The notes under the pieces: generated by a model
Database searches by the model: none
Told to the model about the DNA's origin: nothing
The model's input: only the letters and a program-made list of their open reading frames with translations
Part shown: positions 1 through 8,553 of the stretch, one piece after another
Layout of the letters: every line of letters starts with the position of its first letter
Position numbering within the stretch: position 1 is the first letter of the stretch
Translations under genes and position numbers: made by a program
NCBI GenBank assembly: GCA_045579385.1
Contig: JAZNMD010000181.1
Location: 1 to 29,643, forward strand
DNA: 29,643 nt
Direction: 5' to 3'
Source: Clostridia bacterium
GTDB lineage: Bacteria > Bacillota > Clostridia > Monoglobales > Monoglobaceae

Positions 1-2
1 TC

Positions 3-224
3 TCCATCTCAAAAAATGAACACGGGCGAACACAGTTCGCTCCTACGATATCGAGGATAATTAAGCAATTCAAGGGCGCAGTTAGCAAGCGGGTCGGCAG
101 ATCTGTATGGCAAAGATCCTATTTTGATCACATCATTCGAAATCGGCAGGATTATGAAGAAACCTTAAGATATATTGACGAAAATCCTAAAAAAATGCAA
201 ATTAAAAATCAAACGACAATGTAG
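3..224 (+). CDS. C-terminal part of a REP-associated tyrosine (Y1/HUH) transposase (RAYT / IS200-like TnpA); 5' end lies outside the window
   Basis: Not in the ORF track. Frame 3 reads SISKNEHGRTQFAPTISRIIKQFKGAVSKRVGRSVWQRSYFDHIIRNRQDYEETLRYIDENPKKMQIKNQTTM*. The motifs IIKQFKG, WQRSYFDHIIRN and YIxxNP (catalytic Tyr) are typical of RAYTs. Confidence 0.85.
   Translation, partial: SISKNEHGRTQFAPTISRIIKQFKGAVSKRVGRSVWQRSYFDHIIRNRQDYEETLRYIDENPKKMQIKNQTTM
24..46 (-). repeat. GTAG-type REP-like palindrome inside the RAYT coding sequence
   Basis: Minus strand reads GTAGGAGCGAAC-TGT-GTTCGCCC: a GTAG foot followed by a GCGAAC/GTTCGC stem. Confidence 0.7.
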
Positions 225-243
225 TGCGAAGTGTATTCGTTCG
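221..243 (+). repeat. Degenerate second REP-like copy overlapping the RAYT stop codon
   Basis: GTAGTGCGAAG-TGT-ATTCGTTCG resembles the 24-46 copy (GTAG..GCGAA.TGT.TTCG) and is in inverted orientation. Confidence 0.5.
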
Positions 244-301
244 AAAAATTACAAAAAAACCTTTAAAACGAATATTTTTCCACGAAATTTCGCAAAAAAG
301 C

Positions 302-330
302 TTGACAGAATTGAAAGATAGTATTACAAT
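302..330 (+). promoter_or_regulatory. Sigma-A promoter P1 of the S-layer gene
   Basis: TTGACA(302-307)-17 nt-TACAAT(325-330), with an A/T-rich upstream region. Confidence 0.75.
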
Positions 331-405
331 ATATGACATAAAAGACCAATTTTTTATCAATATGTAGTTGAAGCCGCTTTTATTTTGACAAAAGAATTTA
401 AAATG

Positions 406-422
406 TGTTACAAGTTTGTTAC
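406..422 (+). promoter_or_regulatory. WalR(YycF)-type direct-repeat box
   Basis: TGTTAC-AAGTT-TGTTAC matches the WalR consensus TGT(A/T)A(A/T/C)-N5-TGT(A/T)A(A/T/C). It ends 15 nt upstream of a -35. Confidence 0.55.
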
Positions 423-437
423 ATTTTTAAATTCGTG

Positions 438-467
438 TTGACATATGCGGCAAATTGGTGTTATAAT
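438..467 (+). promoter_or_regulatory. Sigma-A promoter P2 (extended -10) of the S-layer gene
   Basis: TTGACA(438-443)-18 nt-TATAAT(462-467), with TG at 459-460. Confidence 0.75.
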
Positions 468-496
468 CAGGTAAGTTAAAGGGATAGGTGCGTGAT

Positions 497-578
497 TTGT
501 ATCTATCTACCACAACTCAAAGCCTCCCTTGTGTAAAGGGAAGGGGACCACGCAAAGCGTGGTGGAGGGATTGTATCT
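497..578. repeat. Double-hairpin REP-like element flanked by an 8-bp direct repeat
   Basis: TCCCTT-GTGTA-AAGGGA (525-541) and ACCACGC-AAA-GCGTGGT (547-563), followed by GGAGGGATTG. TTGTATCT occurs at 497-504 and 571-578. Confidence 0.55.
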
Positions 579-598
579 CTCATCTAATTTACTTATGA

Positions 599-633
599 AA
601 AAAAATTAAAACAATATATATTTTTTAAAGGAG
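599..633 (+). repeat. 35-bp perfect direct repeat, copy 1 (ends in an SD sequence but no start codon follows)
   Basis: AAAAAAATTAAAACAATATATATTTTTTAAAGGAG, identical to 808-842. Confidence 0.95.
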
Positions 634-807
634 CCGCAGCGTTAAGAAAACAATCCAGTGAATTGTTTTTAGCGAAGGATTGTGAAAACAGAGATGTTTT
701 CACTGTTAAAAGAAAATCCGTAAGGATTTTTACAATAGCATCCGACGAGAAAAATGCGGACAGCGTGATTCTTAAAGTGGCTTCGAAATAAATATTCATA
801 ATGTTGT
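634..807. other. Hairpin-rich insert between the two 35-bp repeats
   Basis: Stems AAAACAAT/ATTGTTTT (647-669), GTGAAAAC/GTTTTCAC (682-703) and AAAATCC-GTAA-GGATTTT (713-730), with a possible closing stem CCGCA(634-638)/TGCGG(755-759). Confidence 0.6.
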
Positions 808-842
808 AAAAAAATTAAAACAATATATATTTTTTAAAGGAG
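808..842 (+). repeat. 35-bp perfect direct repeat, copy 2 (contains the functional RBS of the S-layer gene)
   Basis: Identical to 599-633. AAAGGAGG is followed by ATG at 854. Confidence 0.95.
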
Positions 843-853
843 GATTTGAGACT

Positions 854-3800
854 ATGTTAAATCTCAAAAAAGTGATTGCTTCTATTTGCGTTATCGCTAT
901 GATGCTCACAACTGTTGCTTTTGGTGCAACATACAGTGACGTTACAGAAGACAGTGCATATTATGAAGCAGTTGAAACACTCAACAAACTCGAAATCGTT
1001 ACAGGTTACGAAGACGGTACTTTTAAGCCTGAAGACGGCGTTACAAGAGCAGAAATGGCTGCGCTTATCGCTCGTATCCAGGGCTATGGCGAAACAGCTA
1101 AGGCTTCTGCTAACACAGCATTTACTGATGTACCTGCTAGCCACTGGGCTTCCGGTTACATTGCAAACGCTGCTGGCCTTCGCATCATCAACGGCTATGG
1201 CGACGGAACATTCGGTCCTGAGGATCCGGTTAAGTACGAACAGGCTGTTAAGATGGTTATGGCTACACTTGGCTACACACCTTTTGCTGAAAAGAACGGT
1301 GGTTACCCCGCAGGCTGGCTCGCTGCAGCTCAGAGATACGATGTATCACTTGCAGTTGCTAACGCAGCAGTAGGTCAGGATGCTAACCGTGGTACAGTTG
1401 CTCAGCTTCTTGAAAACGCTCTTGACACACCTCTCATGGTTCAGTCAAAGTGGAACACCAATGGCGAAGTTGAATACGAAATTGCTGATGGTAAAGATAA
1501 GAGAGATTACAAAACTCTTATGAGTGAAAACCTTGGCTACGTTAAAATTCGTGGTGTTGTTGAAGATGCTGACTGCATTTCTCTTGCAAGCGAAGGCGAA
1601 ATCACACTTAACACTTCTAACACAGGCAAAGACAAGGGCCCTGGCATCTGGATTGATGTAAAGGATGCTTACAAGACAAACAACTCAGACTTCTATGACA
1701 ACAATGGCAACTTGAAGGCTGCTGCTGATCGTACCTACTACACAGGCGGTATGGACATAGACGAAGGTGCATATCTTGGTAGAAGCGTAATCGGTTATGC
1801 TAAGAAAGATGCTATGGATGACTATCAGCTCGTTTCTATCGCTATTGATACAAACAGAGATGATACTCTCGTAATTGATCTTGATTCATATGCTGGCATC
1901 AATGCTGCTGGTACAGAAATCAGCTATGTTAAAGATGGCGCAAACGATACAACAGAAGTTGATATTGATTTTGATGCACCCGTAGTATACAACAATGTAT
2001 GTGTTTCTGATGGTGAAAATATAGTTGCTGGCAACAATGTAAACAATAACAAGGCTGTATTTGATGCTGCTATTCCTTCAGTTCCTTGTCTCTATGGTGG
2101 TACGATCACTCTTATTGACAATGACGAAAACAATGGTTATGATGTAGCTATCATCGAAGCAGCTGCTACAGCAGTTGTTAAGAAGGTTACAGAAGATATG
2201 GTTGCTTTCAAGACAGGCACAACTCTTTCAAATGGTAACGTAATGGCTGGTATTGAACTTGGCCGTGAAGACAAGATTGTTGAAATCTACAAAGATGGCG
2301 AATTAATTGACGCTGCAGAACTCAACGAATGGGATGTTCTCTCAGTTATCGCTAACAAGGATAACTCAACAATTATCGTTGCTGAAGTTGTTACAAATCA
2401 GATTATTGGTACAGTTACATCAACAAAGACTTCAAAGACTTCTGCTACAAAGGCATACAAGATTGAAGATACTTGGTATGATGTTGCAACAAGCGCTTAC
2501 AAAGCAGGCGTAAATGACCTTGAAATTGGTGTAGGTGGTACATTCTACATTGACAAGTATGGCAAGATTGCTGCATTTGACGAAGATAGTGCTCTTGCTG
2601 GTGGCGCTGCTGCTAACTATGGTTATGTTGCTGCTGTTGAAGCTAAGGTTGCTGACTTCTCAGGTGATGGATACGCTGCAAAGGTTCAGATGGTTACAGC
2701 TGACGGTGTAGAAGTTCTCACACTTAAGAAGAACGCTAAGATTAATGTAGCAGTAGACGCTGTAAATAATACAACTGGCGCAGCTGGTGCTGATGGAAAC
2801 ATGGATACATGGACAATCGATTCAACTGGTTGGGCTGCTGCTGATGTAGTTGTTGATATAACAGCTAGTGGCGAAGGCGCTGTAACAGGTACACAGGATA
2901 CTGTTCTTGAAGACTTGATTGTTGCTCTTAAGGGATATGTTGTTAAGTATACTAAGAACTCAGCTGGTCAGATTTCTGAAATCACAGTTGCAGGTCATGA
3001 CAATGACAAGTTTAAAGTTATGACTACTACTGACAACACTTCTGCTGAATTTGATGCTGACAACAGCAGATTTACAAACGGCGGCGGTTATGTAGACGAA
3101 GATGCTATCGTATTTATCATTGGTGGTTTCACTGGTGGTGCTGGTAACACAAGCATAACTGACAGTAAGGTTGGCACACTTGCAGACCTTGATGACGAAA
3201 ACATATACACACTTGCTGCTAAATATGCTGATGCTAAGGCTGACGATTGCAACATTATCGTTATCGATGCTGATACAGTTGCAACAAGCGCAACATCTGG
3301 TCTTGCTGTTATTACAGAAGTTGGCGAAAGCACAAATGATGATGGCGAAGCTATCTACATCCTCAGCTACTATGTTGACGGCGAACTTAACGAAGGCGTT
3401 TCTTCAATCGCTAAGACAGACCTCGGCGTAGCACTCACAGCTGGTGACGTTGTTAAGGTTAAGGTTGGCAGCGATGGTCTTATCTCAGATATCAAGATGG
3501 TATTTGACTTTGCTACAGATGTAAGAACAGCTTACAACGATTCTACTACATTGGTTTCAATGGCTACAAACGCTAACGATACAACTACAAAGGAAATCTT
3601 TGCTGGTGGTACAGTTGTTGCTTACAAGGATAGCTCAACACTTGCAACAATTTACACAGATTATGTAACTGGTACTGACGGAAACAAGGAATACAAGCTC
3701 AGCCAGGCTGAAAATGTATACGTAATCGACGGTACAGGTCTTAACATGACTGTAAAGGTTGGTTCAGATGCTAACTTCAGAGCATTTGAAAAGCTTTATG

Positions 3801-4006
3801 ATGGTACTGCAAATGTTACTGCTTACCTTGATGACGTAGCTTTAGGTACATTCGTAATGGATGGTACAACAGATACAGATGGCAACGGAACAACTGACAA
3901 GGAAGAAGCTCAGTCTTATGCTGACCACGTATATGTAAGAGCTTACGAAGGTAAGGTTAAGGATGTTATCATCGTTAAGACAGACGCTGACCTCAGAATT
4001 AAATAA
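854..4006 (+). CDS. S-layer homology (SLH) domain protein, probable major S-layer protein (1050 aa)
   Basis: Sec signal peptide (MLNLKKVIASICVIAMMLTTVAFGA). SLH repeats ...GYEDGTFKPEDGVTRAE, ...HWASGYI...GYGDGTFGP, and a degenerate ...NRGTVAQLL. Acidic, Ala/Thr/Asp/Gly-rich body; strong codon bias; multiple consensus promoters. Confidence 0.9.
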   Translation: MLNLKKVIASICVIAMMLTTVAFGATYSDVTEDSAYYEAVETLNKLEIVTGYEDGTFKPEDGVTRAEMAALIARIQGYGETAKASANTAFTDVPASHWASGYIANAAGLRIINGYGDGTFGPEDPVKYEQAVKMVMATLGYTPFAEKNGGYPAGWLAAAQRYDVSLAVANAAVGQDANRGTVAQLLENALDTPLMVQSKWNTNGEVEYEIADGKDKRDYKTLMSENLGYVKIRGVVEDADCISLASEGEITLNTSNTGKDKGPGIWIDVKDAYKTNNSDFYDNNGNLKAAADRTYYTGGMDIDEGAYLGRSVIGYAKKDAMDDYQLVSIAIDTNRDDTLVIDLDSYAGINAAGTEISYVKDGANDTTEVDIDFDAPVVYNNVCVSDGENIVAGNNVNNNKAVFDAAIPSVPCLYGGTITLIDNDENNGYDVAIIEAAATAVVKKVTEDMVAFKTGTTLSNGNVMAGIELGREDKIVEIYKDGELIDAAELNEWDVLSVIANKDNSTIIVAEVVTNQIIGTVTSTKTSKTSATKAYKIEDTWYDVATSAYKAGVNDLEIGVGGTFYIDKYGKIAAFDEDSALAGGAAANYGYVAAVEAKVADFSGDGYAAKVQMVTADGVEVLTLKKNAKINVAVDAVNNTTGAAGADGNMDTWTIDSTGWAAADVVVDITASGEGAVTGTQDTVLEDLIVALKGYVVKYTKNSAGQISEITVAGHDNDKFKVMTTTDNTSAEFDADNSRFTNGGGYVDEDAIVFIIGGFTGGAGNTSITDSKVGTLADLDDENIYTLAAKYADAKADDCNIIVIDADTVATSATSGLAVITEVGESTNDDGEAIYILSYYVDGELNEGVSSIAKTDLGVALTAGDVVKVKVGSDGLISDIKMVFDFATDVRTAYNDSTTLVSMATNANDTTTKEIFAGGTVVAYKDSSTLATIYTDYVTGTDGNKEYKLSQAENVYVIDGTGLNMTVKVGSDANFRAFEKLYDGTANVTAYLDDVALGTFVMDGTTDTDGNGTTDKEEAQSYADHVYVRAYEGKVKDVIIVKTDADLRIK

Positions 4007-4026
4007 TTTAATCTGAATCAGATTTT

Positions 4027-4057
4027 AAAAGAGACGACTTCGGTCGTCTCTTTTTTT
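4027..4057 (+). terminator. Rho-independent terminator of the S-layer gene
   Basis: AAAAGAGACGAC-TTCG-GTCGTCTCTTTTTTT. Confidence 0.9.
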
Positions 4058-4064
4058 GTATAAC

Positions 4065-4129
4065 GAAAACCACGCGATAGTCGCGTGGTTTTCACTATAC
4101 AAAACCAGCCATCCTTTGTCGGATGGCTG
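4065..4129. repeat. Two additional perfect hairpins between convergent genes
   Basis: GAAAACCACGCGA-TAG-TCGCGTGGTTTTC (4065-4093) and CAGCCATCC-TTTGTC-GGATGGCTG (4106-4129). Confidence 0.7.
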
Positions 4130-4144
4130 AATACTTTTCTGATA

Positions 4145-5284
4145 TCAAGTTAAATTATATATACTGTCAAAAATTCTTTCCCGTTCCCACGCATCTTTGA
4201 TTTCCGAATTACCCAGCTTGTTTATCTGGGAAGTGTTTCTGACTATCGGCAGCGTGGCTTTCTTTTTTGCGTCAGCAATGAGCTTTTTCCCCGTCTCGTT
4301 GTGTGCAAGAATTTTTATATAGCAAGGGTCAGCCTTTCTGTCAGCGTCAGTCAACCCCAAAAGTGCAGATAAAACAATTCTTCTTATGCGGCTGTGTGTG
4401 TAGCGTTTTGTTTTTATATGGTCAACCAGTTCTTCAAGTGAGGTTGCGGATAACGCTGCTGCCTTAATACGATTTTCAAGCCCCTCTGAAACATCTGCTA
4501 TCTTTGCAAGTTCTTCGGCAGATATTCTGGCAAGATGGAAAAATACTGTTTTTTCAAGTGCCTTTAAAGAGTGCGGAGCCTCATTTTTTAAAATTTCAAC
4601 AGCAGCACTCGGTATATAGTGTGAGGCTTCCAAAAAGTTTCCGCCTAAAATAAGTTCACGGATATAACTTGCCGAGGCGGTGTCGGATAAAGGCTCTGCA
4701 GAATCGTGGCTTGCACCCGTTCGCTTTATAAGAACAGGCGTGATACTGCTTTTAAGCAGGGCAAGTGCCTTGCAGTATTCAATGCCTAAAAGATTGTTGG
4801 GGGAAGACAAAACTTCTTTTGCAGAAGCCCCTAAAAAATCTCCCGTGGCATTTGCTCTGGCGGAGGGGAAAGAGATCCCTTTTGATGTATATTCCTTAAG
4901 CTTTTTCGAAAACTCGTCTGTTTCGTTTGCCAAAAACGAAGATATCTCCATTATGGACGCAAGATCATCACTTTCTGCTCCGAAAGAAAGAAAATCAACA
5001 CTGCCCAAGGCGTCAAGGATTTTCACAGCACCGCTTGCAAAAAGCTCTGCCGACGCAGAGGAATAGCAGGCGGGAAGCTCCAGAACAAGGTCAGCACCAT
5101 TTTCCACAGCAAGCTTTGCCCGCAGTTCCTTTGGATAAACAGCCACATCGCCACGCTGAACAAAGTTACCGCTCATCAGGGCAATTATTGCATCCGCACC
5201 AGTCTTTTTCCTTGTTTCCTCTATATGAAATTTATGACCATTGTGAAATGGGTTATATTCGCATATTATTGCGGCAGTTTTCAT
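4145..5284 (-). CDS. tmcAL: tRNA(Met) cytidine acetate ligase (YlbM/TmcAL nucleotidyltransferase)
   Basis: ICEYNPFHNGH (HIGH motif), MSGNFVQRG, PNNLLGIEY, SASYIR, KTKRYTHSRIRR. Start moved to the ATG at 5284 (GAGGT RBS). Typical position divergent from pta-ackA. Confidence 0.9.
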   Translation of the reverse strand: MKTAAIICEYNPFHNGHKFHIEETRKKTGADAIIALMSGNFVQRGDVAVYPKELRAKLAVENGADLVLELPACYSSASAELFASGAVKILDALGSVDFLSFGAESDDLASIMEISSFLANETDEFSKKLKEYTSKGISFPSARANATGDFLGASAKEVLSSPNNLLGIEYCKALALLKSSITPVLIKRTGASHDSAEPLSDTASASYIRELILGGNFLEASHYIPSAAVEILKNEAPHSLKALEKTVFFHLARISAEELAKIADVSEGLENRIKAAALSATSLEELVDHIKTKRYTHSRIRRIVLSALLGLTDADRKADPCYIKILAHNETGKKLIADAKKKATLPIVRNTSQINKLGNSEIKDAWERERIFDSIYNLT

Positions 5285-5417
5285 ATGTCGTACCTCACTG
5301 AATTTAAAATGATGGTTCTTTATCAAAGCGTTGATTACAATCTATAATTATTATATACAATTTTTTATCCAAATGGAAGAGTTTTGCTGTAAAAAAACAA
5401 AAATTTGCCTGTAAACC

Positions 5418-5446
5418 TTGCATATATGAAAAAATTGTTATATAAT
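5418..5446 (+). promoter_or_regulatory. Sigma-A promoter of pta-ackA
   Basis: TTGCAT-17 nt-TATAAT. Confidence 0.65.
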
Positions 5447-5491
5447 GTATAAGTATAAATTATTGTTATTTTTAATTATCGGAGGCGTAAT

Positions 5492-6490
5492 ATGAGTAAG
5501 TTTTTGGACACAATAAAGAATCGTGCCAGAGCAGACAAGAAGACAATTGTTCTTCCCGAATCAATGGATGCGAGAACATTCGAGGCTGCAGAAAAAGTAC
5601 TTAAGGAGGATATAGCAAACATTGTTATTATCGGAACTCCTGAGGAAGTTGAAAAGTACGGTAAAGGCTTTGATATAAGCGGGGCAACAATTATCAACCC
5701 CTATACATACGAAAAAACAGAGGAATATTTAAACCTTTTTGTTGAACTCAGAAAGTCAAAGGGGCTTACATATGAAGAAGCAAAAGCAACTGCTTTGGGC
5801 GATTATATGTATTATGCCTGCCTTATGGTAAAAGCAGGGGATGCAGATGGCGTTGTTTCAGGTGCTTGTCACTCCACTGCGAATACATTAAGACCAAGTT
5901 TGCAAATAATAAAGACAAAACCAGGTGTAAAGCTTGTGTCAGCATTCTTCCTTATGGTTGTTCCTGATTGTGAGTATGGCTCCAACGGAACATTCATCTT
6001 CGCTGACAGCGGTCTTGAACAAAATCCTGACCCTGAAAAGCTTGCTGCAATTGCGGCTTGCTCGGCAGAATCCTTTGAACTTCTTGTTCAGGAAGAAGCT
6101 GTTGTTGCAATGCTTTCACACTCAACAAAGGGCAGTGCAAAGCACGATGACGTAACCAAGGTGGTTGAGGCTACCAGAATCTGTAAGGAAAACAACCCGG
6201 GACTCAAAGTCGATGGCGAGCTTCAGTTGGATGCGGCAATTGTTCCGTCCGTCGGAGAGTCCAAGGCTCCTGACAGCCCGGTTGCAGGCCATGCAAACGT
6301 TTTGGTATTCCCTGACCTGGATGCAGGAAATATCGGCTACAAGCTTGTTCAACGTCTTGCAAAGGCAGAGGCTTACGGTCCTGTTACTCAGGGTATAGCA
6401 ATGCCTATAAATGACTTGTCACGTGGTTGCAGTGCTGATGATATTGTTGGCGTTGTTGCAATCACATGTGTTCAGGCACAAAAAAACTAG
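5492..6490 (+). CDS. pta: Phosphate acetyltransferase
   Basis: IVLPES, VAMLSHSTKGS, DGELQLDAA, ANVLVFPDLDAGNIGYK, GPVTQG, DLSRG. Confidence 0.97.
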   Translation: MSKFLDTIKNRARADKKTIVLPESMDARTFEAAEKVLKEDIANIVIIGTPEEVEKYGKGFDISGATIINPYTYEKTEEYLNLFVELRKSKGLTYEEAKATALGDYMYYACLMVKAGDADGVVSGACHSTANTLRPSLQIIKTKPGVKLVSAFFLMVVPDCEYGSNGTFIFADSGLEQNPDPEKLAAIAACSAESFELLVQEEAVVAMLSHSTKGSAKHDDVTKVVEATRICKENNPGLKVDGELQLDAAIVPSVGESKAPDSPVAGHANVLVFPDLDAGNIGYKLVQRLAKAEAYGPVTQGIAMPINDLSRGCSADDIVGVVAITCVQAQKN

Positions 6491-6555
6491 CTTTATAATA
6501 ATGGTCGACAAAGGACACTTGTTATAATTTCTCAAAACTCAGGAGGAGGATATCT

Positions 6556-7755
6556 ATGAAAATTTTGGTTATAAATGCAGGAAGCTCGTCACTTAAGTAT
6601 CAGCTTATTGATATGGAAACAGAGAAGGTTCTTGCAAAAGGTCTTTGTGAGAGAATCGGGATTGAAGGTTCAAAGCTGAATCACACTCCCGACGGCGGCG
6701 AAAAGATTGTTATTCAGGAAAATATGAAAGACCATTCCGATGCAATCCGTATGGTGCTTGATGCTCTCACAAGTGCGGAATACGGTGTTATCAAGAGTAT
6801 GGATGAAATTTCAGCAGTGGGACACAGAGTTGTTCACGGTGGAGAAACATTCAGCGGCTCGGTTATCATCGATGCAGACGTTAAAAAGGCTCTGGAGGAT
6901 TGTATTCCTCTTGCACCTCTTCACAATCCGGCAAACCTTATCGGTATTGCGGCTTGCGAAGAAGCAATGCCCGGCGTACCGCAGATTGGTGTTTTTGACA
7001 CAGCTTTCCATCAGACAATGTCAAAGGAAGCTTATATGTATGCTGTTCCTTATGAACTTTATGAAAAGCACAAAGTAAGAAGATATGGCTTCCACGGTAC
7101 TTCACACAAGTATGTATCTCTTGAAGCTGCAAAAATGCTTGGCAAGAAGCCCGAAGAGCTTAAAATGATTACCTGCCATATGGGTAACGGTTCAAGTATC
7201 ACAGCTGTTGACGGCGGAAAATCAGTTGACACATCAATGGGCTTTACTCCTCTTGCGGGTGTTGTTATGGGTACCAGATGCGGCGATATTGACCCCGCAA
7301 TCGTGAAATTTGTTGCTGAGCAGGAAAACCTCAGCCTTGATGAAGTTGACAATCTTCTCAACAAAAAGTCAGGTGTTCAGGGTATTTCAGGCGTAAGCTC
7401 AGACTTCCGTGACCTTGAAGCTGCACAGGCTGAGGGGAATGAACGTGCAGACCTTGCCCTTTCAATGTTCGTTGAGAGCGTAAGAAAGTTTGTTGGTGCG
7501 TATATGGTTAAGATGGGAAGAGTTGATGCTGTTATCTTTACTGCAGGTATTGGCGAAAACACACCTGTTATGAGAGCAGCAATCCTTGAAAACCTTGAAA
7601 ACTTTGGCATCAAAATTGATGACGAAAAGAACAAAAAGGCTATCCGTGGTGTGCAGATGGATATTTCTGCTGACGATTCAAAGGTTCGCGTTTTGGTTGT
7701 ACCGACCAACGAGGAGCTTATGATTGCCAAGGAAACAATGGAGCTTTTAAAATAA
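6556..7755 (+). CDS. ackA: Acetate kinase
   Basis: [54 protein letters not shown]. Confidence 0.97.
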   Translation: MKILVINAGSSSLKYQLIDMETEKVLAKGLCERIGIEGSKLNHTPDGGEKIVIQENMKDHSDAIRMVLDALTSAEYGVIKSMDEISAVGHRVVHGGETFSGSVIIDADVKKALEDCIPLAPLHNPANLIGIAACEEAMPGVPQIGVFDTAFHQTMSKEAYMYAVPYELYEKHKVRRYGFHGTSHKYVSLEAAKMLGKKPEELKMITCHMGNGSSITAVDGGKSVDTSMGFTPLAGVVMGTRCGDIDPAIVKFVAEQENLSLDEVDNLLNKKSGVQGISGVSSDFRDLEAAQAEGNERADLALSMFVESVRKFVGAYMVKMGRVDAVIFTAGIGENTPVMRAAILENLENFGIKIDDEKNKKAIRGVQMDISADDSKVRVLVVPTNEELMIAKETMELLK

Positions 7756-7766
7756 AATAAAGGTTT

Positions 7767-7800
7767 GGGCTGCATTTGTTAAGGTGCAGCCCCTTTTCTT
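7767..7800 (+). terminator. Terminator-like hairpin between ackA and sigH
   Basis: GGGCTGCA(7767-7774)/TGCAGCCC(7785-7792) followed by CTTTTCTT. Confidence 0.6.
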
Positions 7801-7821
7801 AAAGGAAAGGAGTGAGAGGCT

Positions 7822-8433
7822 GTGTACATAGATTATGACGGATTGTCGGATGAGCAGTTGGTGGAGCTTTCACTTAAAGAGGACGATATTGCTACCGAAT
7901 GCATTCTTGCCAGATACAAAAATCTTGTCCGCGCCAGGGCAAGAATGTATTTTTTGGCAGGGGCAGACAGGGAAGATATCATACAGGAGGGGATGATAGG
8001 TCTTTTTAAAGCTATCCGGGATTTTGACAAGGACAAGCTTGTTTCCTTCCGGGGATTTGCGGAGCTGTGTATAAAAAGGCAGATACTTACCGCAATCAAA
8101 ACTGCGACAAGGCAAAAGCACATGCCACTTAATTCGTACGTTTCTTTAAGCTATCCTGCTTATGAAAGTGATGCAGATGGTGGCCTGGAAGAAATTTTGG
8201 CAGGTTCTGTGGACGCTGACCCTGAACGACTTTTTATAGCTAAGGAAAACACAGCCTTCCTTACTGACAGAATGAATGAGGTTTTGAGCACGCTTGAACG
8301 TTCTGTACTGGAGCTTTATCTGGAGGGTAAATCCTATCAGGAAATTGCGGTTGCGTTAGGTAAACCGGCAAAGTCAATTGACAATGCTTTGCAACGTGTC
8401 AAAAAGAAAATGGAACGATTTGAGGACATATAA
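7822..8433 (+). CDS. sigH: RNA polymerase sporulation/transition sigma factor SigH
   Basis: GTG start with AGGAG RBS. YFLAGADREDIIQEGMIGLFKAIRDF, FAELCIKRQILTAIKTATRQKHMPLNSYVSL, KSIDNALQRVKKK. Confidence 0.93.
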   Translation: MYIDYDGLSDEQLVELSLKEDDIATECILARYKNLVRARARMYFLAGADREDIIQEGMIGLFKAIRDFDKDKLVSFRGFAELCIKRQILTAIKTATRQKHMPLNSYVSLSYPAYESDADGGLEEILAGSVDADPERLFIAKENTAFLTDRMNEVLSTLERSVLELYLEGKSYQEIAVALGKPAKSIDNALQRVKKKMERFEDI

Positions 8434-8553
8434 AAAGCGATAAAAATTTTACCTAAAACACAAAAAATCAGATAAGTCAAGAGGCTTTAAAAGAAAATTT
8501 TTTTAGATTATGTAAACTGAAAAAATCTAAAGTTTGGTTTACATAATTCGGAG

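Noticed and set aside
593-799. 68-aa minus-strand ORF in the S-layer leader
   Set aside because: No RBS or recognisable motif; it is the antisense reading of the repeat and hairpin insert.
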